Source: Eledone cirrhosa (lineage: Eukaryota). From it: a DNA stretch of 64,000 nt. Below, in pieces: positions 15,201-28,700 of the stretch; position 1 is the stretch's first letter, and each line of letters begins with the position of its first letter. The notes beneath the pieces are model-generated. The model saw only the letters and a program-made list of their open reading frames with translations, made no database searches and was not told the origin of the DNA. The stretch covers positions 405,232,001-405,296,000 of the forward strand of contig OZ024741.1 in assembly GCA_964016885.1 (NCBI GenBank), written 5' to 3'. Made by a program: the position numbers and the translations under genes.

Positions 15201-18200
15201 TGTGACAACCTTCACAACTATTTTATAATTAATTTTTACAGCTTTTCACAACTATTTTATATTAATTGTGACAACCTTCACAACTATTTTATAATTAATT
15301 TTTACAGCTTTTCACAACTATTTTATAATTAATTGTGACAACCTTCACAACTATTTCATAATTAATTTTTACAGATTTTCACAACTATTTTATAATTAAT
15401 TGTGACAACCTTCACAACTATTTTATAATGAATTGTGACAACCATCACAACTATTTTATAATTAATTTTTACAGCTTTTCACAACTATTTTATAATTAAT
15501 TGTGACAACCTTCACAACTATTTTATAATGAATTGTGACAACCTTCACAACTATTTTATAAATAATTGTGACAACCTTCACAACTATTTCATAATTAATT
15601 TGTACAGCTTTTCACATCTATTTTATAATTAATTGTGACAACCTTCACAACTATTTTATAATTAATTTTTACAGCTTTTCACAACTATTTTATATTAATT
15701 GTGACAACCTTCACAACTATTTTATAATTAATTTTTACAGCTTTTCACAACTATTTTATAATTAATTGTGACAACCTTCACAACTATTTCATAATTAATT
15801 TTTTCAGCTTTTCACAACTATTTTATAATGAACTGTGACAACCTTCACAACTATTTTATAATTAATTTTTACAGCTTTTCACAACTATTTAATAATGAAT
15901 TGTGACAACCTTCACAACTATTTTATAATGAATTGTGACAACCTTCACAACTATTTTATAATGAATTGTGACAACCTTCACAACAATTTTATAATTAATT
16001 TTTACAGCTTTTCACAACTATTTCATAATTAATTGTGACAACCTTCACAACTATTTTATAATGAATTGTGACAACCTTCACAACTATTTTATAATGAATT
16101 GTGACAACCTTCACAACTATTTTATAATTAATTTTTACAGCTTTTCACAACTATTTTATAATTAATTGTGACAACCTTCACAACTATTTTATAATTAATT
16201 GTGACAACCTTCACAACTATTTTATAATTAATTTTTACAGATTTTCACAACTATTTTATAATTAATTGTGACAACCTTCACAACTATTTTATAATTAATT
16301 TTTACAGCTTTTCACAACTATTTAATAATGAATTGTGACAACCTTCACAACTATTTTATAATTAATTTTTACAGATTTTCACAACTATTTTATAATTAAT
16401 TGTGACAACCTTCACAACTATTTTATAATGAATTGTGACAACCTTCACAACTATTTTATAATTAATTTTTACAGATTTTCACAACTATTTTATAATTAAT
16501 TGTGACAAGCTTCACAACTATTTTATAATGAATTGTGACAACCTTCACAACTATTTTATAATTAATTTTTACAGCTTTTCACAACTATTTTATAATTAAT
16601 TGTGACAACCTTCACAACTATTTTATAATTAATTGTGACAACCTTCACAACTATTTTATAATTAATTTTTACAGCTTTTCACAACTATTTTATATTAATT
16701 GTGACAACCTTCACAACTACTTTATAATTGATTTTTACAGCTTTTCACAACTATTTTATAATGAATTGTGACAACCTTCACAACTATTTCATAATTAATT
16801 GTGACAACCTTCACAACTATTTTATAATGAATTGTGACAACCTTCACAATTATTTTATAATGAATTGTGACAACCTTCACAACTATTTTATAATTAATTT
16901 TTACAGCTTTTCACAACTATTTTATAATTAATTGTGACAACCTTCACAACTATTTTATAATTAATTGTGACAACCTTCACAACTATTTTATAATTAATTT
17001 TTACAGATTTTCACAACTATTTTATAATTAATTGTGACAACCTTCACAACTATTTTATAATTAATTTTTACAGCTTTTCACAACTATTTTATAATTAATT
17101 GTGACAACCTTCACAACTATTTTATAATGAATTGTGACAACCTTCACAACTATTTTATAATTAATTTTTACGGCTTTTCACAACTATTTTATAATTAATT
17201 GTGACAACCTTCACAACTATTTTATAATTAATTGTGACAACCTTCACAACTATTTTATAATTAATTTTTACAGATTTTCACAACTATTTTATAATTAATT
17301 GTGACAACCTTCACAACTATTTTATAATTAATTTTTACAGCTTTTCACAACTATTTTATAATGAATTGTGACAACCTTCACAACTATTTTATAATTAATT
17401 TTTACAGATTTTCACAACTATTTTATAATTAATTGTGACAACCTTCACAACTATTTTATAATGAATTGTGACAACCTTCACAACTATTTTATAATTAATT
17501 TTTACAGATTTTCACAACTATTTTATAATTAATTGTGACAACCTTCACAACTATTTTATAATGAATTGTGACAACCTTCACAACTATTTTATAATTAATT
17601 TTTACAGCTTTTCACAACTATTTTATAATTAATTGTGACAACCTTCACAACTATTTTATAATTAATTGTGACAACCTTCACAACTATTTTATAATTAATT
17701 TTTACAGCTTTTCACAACTATTTTATAATTAATTGTGACAACTTTCACAACTATTTTATAATTAATTTTTACAGCTTTTCACAACTATTTTATATTAATT
17801 GTGACAACCTTCACAACTATTTTATAATTGATTTTTACAGCTTTTCACAACTATTTTATAATTAATTGTGACAACCTTCACAACTATTTCATAATTAATT
17901 TTTTCAGCTTTTCACAACTATTTTATAATGAATTGTGACAACCTTCACAACTATTTTATAATGAATTGTGACAACCTACACAACTATTTTATAATGAATT
18001 GTGACAACCTTCACAACTATTTTATAATTAATTTTTACAGCTTTTCACAACTATTTCATAATTAATTGTGACAACCTTCACAACTATTTTATAATGAATT
18101 GTGACAACCTTCACAACTATTTTATAATGAATTGTGACAACCTTCACAACTATTTTATAATTAATTTTTACAGCTTTTCACAACTATTTTATAATTAATT

Positions 18201-21200
18201 GTGACAACCTTCACAACTATTTTATAATTAATTGTGACAACCTTCACAACTATTTTATAATTAATTTTTACAGATTTTCACAACTATTTTATAATTAATT
18301 GTGACAACCTTCACAACTATTTTATAATTAATTTTTACAGCTTTTCACAACTATTTTATAATGAATTGTGACAACCTTCACAACAATTTTATAATTAATT
18401 TTTACAGCTTTTCACAACTATTTCATAATTAATTGTGACAACCTTCACAACTATTTTATAATTAATTTTTTCAGCTTTTCACAACTATTTTATAATGAAC
18501 TGTGACAACCGTCACAACTATTTTATAATGAATTGTGACAACCTTCAAAACTATTTTATAATTAATTGTGACAACCTTCACAACTATTTTATAATTAATT
18601 GTGACAGTCTTCACAACAATTTTATAATTAATTTTTACAGATTTTCACAACTATTTTATAATTAATTGTGACAACCTTCACAACTATTTTATAATGAATT
18701 GTGACAACCATCACAACTATTTTATAATTAATTTTTACAGCTTTTCACAACTATTTTATAATTAATTGTGACAACCTTCACAACTATTTTATAATGAATT
18801 GTGACAACCTTCACAACTATTTTATAAATAATTGTGACAACCTTCACAACTATTTCATAATTAATTTGTACAGCTTTTCACATCTATTTTATAATTAATT
18901 GTGACAACCTTCACAACTATTTTATAATTAATTTTTACAGCTTTTCACAACTATTTTATATTAATTGTGACAACCTTCACAACTATTTTATAATTAATTT
19001 TTACAGCTTTTCACAACTATTTTATAATTAATTGTGACAACCTTCACAACTATTTCATAATTAATTTTTTCAGCTTTTCACAACTATTTTATAATGAACT
19101 GTGACAACCTTCACAACTATTTTATAATTAATTTTTACAGCTTTTCACAACTATTTAATAATGAATTGTGACAACCTTCACAACTATTTTATAATGAATT
19201 GTGACAACCTTCACAACTATTTTATAATGAATTGTGACAACCTTCACAACAATTTTATAATTAATTTTTACAGCTTTTCACAACTATTTCATAATTAATT
19301 GTGACAACCTTCACAACTATTTTATAATGAATTGTGACAACCTTCACAACTATTTTATAATGAATTGTGACAACCTTCACAACTATTTTATAATTAATTT
19401 TTACAGCTTTTCACAACTATTTTATAATTAATTGTGACAACCTTCACAACTATTTTATAATTAATTGTGACAACCTTCACAACTATTTTATAATTAATTT
19501 TTACAGATTTTCACAACTATTTTATAATTAATTGTGACAACCTTCACAACTATTTTATAATTAATTTTTACAGCTTTTCACAACTATTTAATAATGAATT
19601 GTGACAACCTTCACAACTATTTTATAATTAATTTTTACAGATTTTCACAACTATTTTATAATTAATTGTGACAACCTTCACAACTATTTTATAATGAATT
19701 GTGACAACCTTCACAACTATTTTATAATTAATTTTTACAGATTTTCACAACTATTTTATAATTAATTGTGACAAGCTTCACAACTATTTTATAATGAATT
19801 GTGACAACCTTCACAACTATTTTATAATTAATTTTTACAGCTTTTCACAACTATTTTATAATTAATTGTGACAACCTTCACAACTATTTTATAATTAATT
19901 GTGACAACCTTCACAACTATTTTATAATTAATTTTTACAGCTTTTCACAACTATTTTATATTAATTGTGACAACCTTCACAACTATTTTATAATTGATTT
20001 TTACAGCTTTTCACAACTATTTTATAATGAATTGTGACAACCTTCACAACTATTTCATAATTAATTGTGACAACCTTCACAACTATTTTATAATGAATTG
20101 TGACAACCTTCACAATTATTTTATAATGAATTGTGACAACCTTCACAACTATTTTATAATTAATTTTTACAGCTTTTCACAACTATTTTATAATTAATTG
20201 TGACAACCTTCACAACTATTTTATAATTAATTGTGACAACCTTCACAACTATTTTATAATTAATTTTTACAGATTTTCATAACTATTTTATAATTAATTG
20301 TGACAACCTTCACAACTATTTTATAATTAATTTTTACAGCTTTTCACAACTATTTTATAATTAATTGTGACAACCTTCACAACTATTTTATAATTAATTT
20401 TTACAGCTTTTCACAACTATTTTATAATGAATTGTGACAACCTTCACAACTATTTTATAATTAATTTTTACAGCTTTTCACAACTATTTTATAATTAATT
20501 GTGACAACCTTCACAACTATTTTATAATTAATTGTGACAACCTTCACAACTATTTTATAATTAATTGTGACAACCTTCACAACTATTTTTCAATGAATTG
20601 TGACAACCTTTACAACTATTTTATAATGAATTGTGACAACCTTCACAACTATTTTATAATGAATTGTGACAACCTTCACAACTATTTTATAATTAATTGT
20701 GACAACCTTCACAACTATTTTATAATTAATTGTGACAACCTTCACAACTATTTTTCAATGAATTGTGACAACCTTTACAACTATTTTATAATGAATTGTG
20801 ACAACCTTCACAACTATTTTATAATGAATTGTGACAACCTTCACAACTATTTTATAATTAATTTTTACAGCTTTTCACAACTATTTCATAATTAATTGTG
20901 AAAATCTTCAAAACTATTTTAGAATGAATTGTGACAACCTTCACAACTATTTTATAATGAATTGTGACAACCTTCACAACTATTTTATAATTAATTTTTA
21001 CAGCTTTTCACAACTATTTTATAATTAATTGTGACAACCTTCACAACTATTTTATAATTAATTGTGACAACCTTCACAACTATTTCATAATTAATTTTTA
21101 CAGATTTTCACAACTATTTTATAATTAATTGTGACAACCTTCACAACTATTTTATAATTAATTTTTACAGCTTTTCACAACTATTTTATAATTAATTGTG

Positions 21201-24200
21201 ACAACCTTCACAACTATTTTATAATTAATTTTTACAGCTTTTCGCAACTATTTTATAATGAATTGTGACAACCTTCACAACTATTTTATAATTAATTTTT
21301 ACAGCTTTTCACAACTATTTTATAATTAATTGTGACAACCTTCACAACTATTTTATAATTAATTGTGACAACCTTCACAACTATTTTATAATTAATTGTG
21401 ACAACCTGCACAACTATTTTACAATGAATTGTGACAACCTTTACAACTATTTTATAATGAATTGTAACAACTTTCACAACTATTTTATAATTAATTATGA
21501 CAACCTTCACAACTATTTTATAATTAATTGTGACAACCTTCATAACTATTTTATAATGAATTGTGACGAACTTCACAACTATTTTATAATTAATTGTGAC
21601 AACCTTCACAACTATTTTATAATGAATTGTGACAACCTTCACAACTATTTTATAATGAATTGTGACAAACTTCACAACTATTTTATAATTAATTGTGACA
21701 ACCTTCACAACTATTTTATAATTAATTTTTACAGCTTTTCACAACTATTTTATAATTAATTGTGACAACCTTCACAACTATTTTATAATTAGTTTTTACA
21801 GCTTTTCACAACTATTTTATAATTAATTGTGACTACCTTCACAACTATTTTATAATTAGTTTTTACAGCTTTTCACAACTATTTTATAATTAATTGTGAC
21901 AACCTTCACAACTATTTTATAATTAATTGTGACAACCTTCACAACTATTTTATAATTAATTTTTACAGATTTTCACAACTATTTTATAATTAATTGTGAC
22001 AACCTTCACAACTATTTTATAATTAATTTTTACAGATTTTCACGACTATTTTATAATGAATTGTGACAACCTTCACAATTATTTTATAATGAATTGTGAC
22101 AACCTTCACAACTATTTTATAATTAATTTTTACAGCTTTTCACAACTATTTTATAATTAATTGTGACAACCTTCACAACTATTTTATAATTAATTGTGAC
22201 AACCTTCACAACTATTTTATAATTAATTTTTACAGATTTTCACAACTATTTTATAATTAATTGTGACAACCTTCACAACTATTTTATAATTAATTTTTAC
22301 AGCTTTTCACAACTATTTTATAATTAATTGTGACAACCTTCACAACTATTTTATAATTAATTTTTACAGCTTTTCACAACTATTTTATAATGAATTGTGA
22401 CAACCTTCACAACTATTTTATAATTAATTTTTACAGCTTTTCACAACTATTTTATAATTAATTGTGACAACCTTCACAACTATTTTATAATTAATTGTGA
22501 CAACCTTCACAACTATTTTATAATTAATTGTGACAACCTTCACAACTATTTTTCAATGAATTGTGACAACCTTTACAACTATTTTATAATGAATTGTGAC
22601 AACCTTCACAACTATTTTATAATGAATTGTGACAACCTTCACAACTATTTTATAATGAATTGTGACAACCTTCACAACTATTTTATAATTAATTTTTACA
22701 GCTTTTCACAACTATTTCATAATTAATTGTGAAAATCTTCAAAACTATTTTAGAATGAATTGTGACAACCTTCACAACTATTTTATAATGAATTGTGACA
22801 ACCTTCACAACTATTTTATAATTAATTTTTACAGCTTTTCACAACTATTTTATAATTAATTGTGACAACCTTCACAACTATTTTATAATTAATTGTGACA
22901 ACCTTCACAACTATTTCATAATTAATTTTTACAGATTTTCACAACTATTTTATAATTAATTGTGACAACCTTCACAACTATTTTATAATTAATTTTTACA
23001 GCTTTTCACAACTATTTTATAATTAATTGTGACAACCTTCACAACTATTTTATAATTAATTGTGACAACCTTCACAACTATTTTATAATTAATTGTGACA
23101 ACCTTCACAACTATTTTATAATTAATTGTGACAACCTTCATAACTATTTTATAATGAATTGTGACGAACTTCACAACTATTTTATAATTAATTGTGACAA
23201 CCTTCACAACTATTTTATAATGAATTGTGACAACCTTCACAACTATTTTATAATGAATTGTGACAAACTTCACAACTATTTTATAATTAATTGTGACAAC
23301 CTTCACAACTATTTTATAATTAATTGTGACTACCTTCACAACTATTTTATAATTAGTTTTTACAGCTTTTCACAACTATTTTATAATTAATTGTGACAAC
23401 CTTCACAACTATTTTATAATTAATTGTGACAACCTTCACAACTATTTTATAATTAATTTTTACAGATTTTCACAACTATTTTATAATTAATTGTGACAAC
23501 CTTCACAACTATTTTATAATTAATTTTTACAGATTTTCACGACTATTTTATAATTAATTGTGACAACGTTCACAACTATTTTATAATTAATTTTTACAGC
23601 TTTTCACAACTATTTTATAATGAATTGTGACAACCTTCACAACAATTTTATAATTAATTTTTACAGCTTTTCACAACTATTTTATAATGAACTGTGACAA
23701 CCTTCACAACTATTTTATAATGAATTGTGACAACCTTCACAACTATTTTATAATTAATTTTTTCAGCTTTTCACAACTATTTTATAATGAACTGTGACAA
23801 CCTTCACAACTATTTTATAATGAATTGTGACCACCTTCACAACTATTTTATAATTAATTGTGACAACCTTCACAACTATTTTATAATTAATTGTGACAGT
23901 CTTCACAACTATTTTATAATTAATTTTTACAGATTTTCACAACTATTTTATAATTAATTGTGACAACCTTCACAACTATTTTATAATGAATTGTGACAAC
24001 CTTCACAACTATTTTATAATTAATTTTTACAGCTTTTCACAACTATTTTATAATTAATTGTGACAACGTTCACAACTATTTTATAATGAATTGTGACAAC
24101 TTTCACAACTATTTTATAATTAATTTTTACAGCTTTTCACAACTATTTTATAATTAATTGTGACAACCTTCACAACTATTTTATAATTAATTTTTACAGA

Positions 24201-25244
24201 TTTTCACAACTATTTTATAATTAATTGTGCCAACCTTCACAACTATTTTACAATTAATTTTTACAGCTTTTCACAACTATTTTATAATTAATTGTGACAA
24301 CCTTCACAACTATTTTATAATTAATTTTTACAGCTTTTCACAACTATTTTATAATGAATTGTGACAACCTTCACAACTATTTTATAATTAATTTTTACAG
24401 ATTTTCACAACTATTTTATAATTAATTGTGACAACCTTCACAACTATTTTATAATGAATTGTGACAACCTTCACAACTATTTTATAATTAATTTTTACAG
24501 CTTTTCACAACTATTTTATAATTAATTGTGACAACCTTCACAACTATTTTATAATTAATTGTGACAACCTTCACAACTATTTTATAATTAATTTTTACAG
24601 TTTTTCACAACTATTTTATAATTAATTGTGACAACCTTCACAACTATTTCATAATTAATTTTTTCAGCTTTTCACAACTATTTTATAATGAACTGTGACA
24701 ACCTTCACAACTATTTTATAATTAATTTTTACAGCTTTTCACAACTATTTTATAATGAATTGTGACAACCTTCACAACTATTTTATAATGAATTGTGACA
24801 ACCTTCACAACTATTTTATAATGAATTGTGACAACCTTCACAACTATTTTATAATTAATTATGACAACCTTCACAACTATTTTATAATTAATTTTTACAG
24901 ATTTTCACAACTTTTTTATAATTAATTGTGACAACCTTCACAACTATTTTATAATTAATTGTGACAACCTTCACAACTATTTTATAATTAATTTTTACAG
25001 ATTTTCACAACTATTTTATAATTAATTGTGACAACCTTCACAACTATTTTATAATTAATTGTGACAACCTTCACAACTATTTTATAATTAATTTTTACAG
25101 CTTTTCACAACTATTTTATAATTAATTGTGACAACCTTCACAACTATTTTATAATTAATTTTTACAGCTTTTCACAACTATTTTATAATTAATTGTGACA
25201 ACTTTCACAACTATTTTATAATTAATTTTTACAGCTTTTCACAA
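6251..25244. repeat. ~19-kb 33/34-bp satellite array with higher-order structure
   Basis: Same A/B monomers. Rare variants recur at fixed offsets (e.g. 8695 bp between ORFs 12597 and 21292; 3266 bp between ORFs 16728 and 19994). Confidence 0.97.
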
Positions 25245-25338
25245 TAAATGCAAAAAAATTAAAATTTTTTAATAACTTTCACAATAACTTTCGTAAATGT
25301 ATCGATGTATTTACATTTCTCAACTGTTAATAATTAAA

Positions 25339-25426
<88 letters not shown>

Positions 25427-25698
25427 ATAAGTTGTAGTGTGCAGGAGAGAAAGCTGAGATGGTATGGACATGTGATGCGCATGGAGGATGTCCGCTGGGT
25501 AAAGAAGTGCCAAGAAATCCCAGTAGAAGGAAGATGCAGAAGAGGTAGACCGCGTAAAACATGGGCAGAGGTGGTGAGAGCAGACCTCAGATCGCTGAAA
25601 CTCACCAAGGAGATGACGAAGGACTGTGACAAGTGGAGAGATGCTGTGCTGAATATGACCCCTCCAACCCTTGCAAGCAGGGAAAAGCAGACGTATGT

Positions 25699-25735
<37 letters not shown>
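25427..25735 (+). mobile_element. RTE-clade LINE 3' fragment (duplicate of 2174-2482)
   Basis: Same sequence at an offset of +23253. Confidence 0.88.
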
Positions 25736-25764
25736 ATATATGTATATATATATATATATATATA

Positions 25765-28700
25765 CTAGCATTAAAGCCCGGCGTTACTCGGGGTCAGTAA
25801 GTTACCAATGTTAGGTTGCACCACCCATTTTATGGCAGCACTCTTTTGTCTGCCAGGCACTGGGTGAATGAATTGCAGACCTGGACTGCTGAAGCAGGAG
25901 CTGCGCCAGCAGTGACAATTGTAGTTTTGCCTATGAATATTATCTCTGCGCAAAGAAGTGTTGAGATTTATTGTTTCACAGTACATGCGCAACACGCGCG
26001 GAGACGATGCCAGCCGAACAACAGAGCTGCGATGGAGTTGTTCTGCATGACATGTTTTAACGGGGGAGGGGGTGGATTGAGGGAACCACAAACAGGGGCC
26101 TGAAAACATTGTCGAATTATGACAACCAAAAAAGAGGAAGACGGGTCATTGTATGGTTGGTGCATCATGTACGTCGGACGTAGAAGATGAGCCTGCTGCT
26201 GTGCCGACGGAGGGAGGGAAATAGAGCTGAGCGGAGGCCAGGTGTTGGCGAAGTGTGAAGTAATTGCAGGGAACCGCCTAAAAATGTAAATCCCGTCATT
26301 AAAGCATTGTTCATCCTTTGAGAGTCGTACGGAGGTGAAATACTAACCTGTCCACGGTCCTCAGAGGCCCACCAAATGGGGGTTGGTGAGGAACAACAGC
26401 TGATATTTGAGTAGGGTCGGAGTTGCAATGAAGTTTGTAACGCCACGAGAATCAGCCTTTGTACGGCAGATGGTGGGGAGTGTCCAGTACACTGCAGTGA
26501 AAGTTAACCTACTTAGAAAGTACTGACGAAAAGGCAAAAAATTAAAAAATTAAAAGTTATAAAATTAGGAATCAAGGTAATCCTATAAAACCTTGTACAC
26601 AATCTTTTTTGTTTTTCCTTGCGGAACGAACGCGAAATCATCACTCTTGCTGCCGACACGCGAGCAGCCAACGTAAAGCTGACCATGAGAGAAACACGGC
26701 TCCCCCAATGTATTCCCGCGACAGACAGTGTTTGTCCTTGCGCTTTGTTAATTGACATTGCGAAGCATGGCCTGATCGGGAACTGGGACCTCCGTGAAAG
26801 GTAGGTCTGCTCCTGATGGGAAAAGATGCACCTCGGTATGAGCACAACCTTGCCCCGACCGCACCCTGTGATTATCGTGGCCTCAATCAGATTGGGAGCT
26901 AAGGACTTAACGACCAAACGTGTGCCATTGCATTGTTTCGGCGGAACCAAATTTTGAATGAGCATTATAAGGGCACCAACTTTAAGTTTCAAAAGGTGTG
27001 GGGGTAATGCGGGGGCTCAAAGGAATTTAGTACCTCTATTGGATAGTTGATGACGTCCTCGGGGTCAGGAGTTCAATCGATAGACTTATATACGTAGGAA
27101 TGAGTTTTAGCATTTGATCATTAATATGGTTAACAGTTTTATTCCTCGGGGCCAGAATAGCCCTTTGGGAAAGCCAATCCATATTCTGATAATTTGCTTG
27201 GAGATCTGGGAACACTGCATCCCTAAGATCAGAAGGCGTACTAACAACGGTACAAAGTGAGTCGATGGCAATATTACCCTTTTCATCCCCGGGTGTTTTG
27301 CCTTCGCCAAGTGCAAGGAGGGTGTGAGAAAATGCTGCTGATGCGATATCACCTTGCATATGAGCACGCATGTTAGTGTGAAGTTTCAGAGTCTTCACCA
27401 GGGGTCACAATGCGGATGACTTAAGACACGCACGTACTGCATCAGCTCTAGTCCACTTGGGAATAACAGGAAATGTTTGCCTGAAGTCCCCTGAAAGAAG
27501 AAGTGTTATGCCTCCCATGGGTGCCGTAGAGTCTTTGATGTCTCTCAGAGTTCTATCTAGCGCCTCAAGAGCACCTCTGTGGGCCATCGTGCATTCGTCC
27601 CAAACGATAAGCTTGCATCGTCTGAACACTTCTGCCTGATCGGAGCTCTTACTGATGTTGCAAGTGGGTGTCTCAGTCTTCGCTAAGTCAAGCGGAAGCT
27701 TGAAATAGGAGTGAGCTGTCCTGCCGCCCGGCAACAAAGTAGCCGCAATTCCAGATGATGCCACAGCTAAGGCAATGCCTTCTGTTCGCCTAATCTCAGC
27801 TAATATTAATTTGGTGACAAAAGTTTTCCCATTCCCCCCAGGAGCGTCCAGGAAAAAAAATCCCCCCCCCCCCAGCTTTTCCCCGGACAGAATTAAAAAC
27901 GGAGTTGTAAGCGAATTTCTGTTCTGGAAGGAGCTTTGGCTCATTCTCCGCTATGTACTGGGCAAGCTCGTCAACATTATAAGATGTCTCACGCAGCAAA
28001 TCCGAAGACAGAGTGTTTGCGCCTTCCCGGTTTGTTGAAGGTAGGCCATACACAGCCAACGCACTACCGCCCATATCGAGAACAGTATCTTCGATTTCAA
28101 GCAGCGCCCTGTTGTAAATGAGGTCACTGTACCCGACCTCCATCGATGGGTTTAGCAACTGAGCGTGACGCAGGAAATCTTCAGACATGTAATCTTTGTA
28201 GCTAAGCCATAAAGAGGCCGGATCACCCAAGTCGCACCATAGGAGTAGAATAGCGAAAAGCGATCTTAGTCTTTTAGGAGATTTCAACAAAACGCCCTCT
28301 GCCATAGTGGCGCCACATTGTGAATCATCCTCCAAAGGCCACGCCTAAAGCAGGCTTCCCGGAAAGTATCACATAATTCACCGTCAACAGTTCTTATGTC
28401 TCGAAAGCTTTGTGGGCCAAAAATCTTATGGGCGAGAAGGCGCAGGTGAAAACACTCATGCTGGTTGGGAGGTACAGTGTACACTCTTCCTAGACAGCTG
28501 TCAAACTTGACACCAAGATGTCCTTCAACATCCTGACCTGACTTCCTACGCACCCAAGTGTTGTTTGACCACACGTAGTAGGACGGGACCTGAGGATATG
28601 AAAGTGTTTTTGCAAATGTGTCAAGTTGGCAAAGCGTAAAAAACCAGTCAAAGTTGTTTCTTTTGGATTGGCCGCCAAATGAGCAGCAGTCTGTTCAGTA

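Noticed and set aside
6251-25244. CRISPR-like appearance of 33-bp hairpin repeats; ORFs such as MNCDNLHNYFI repeats
   Set aside because: No unique spacers and no cas genes in a eukaryotic context. The ORFs are by-products of a 33-bp period.
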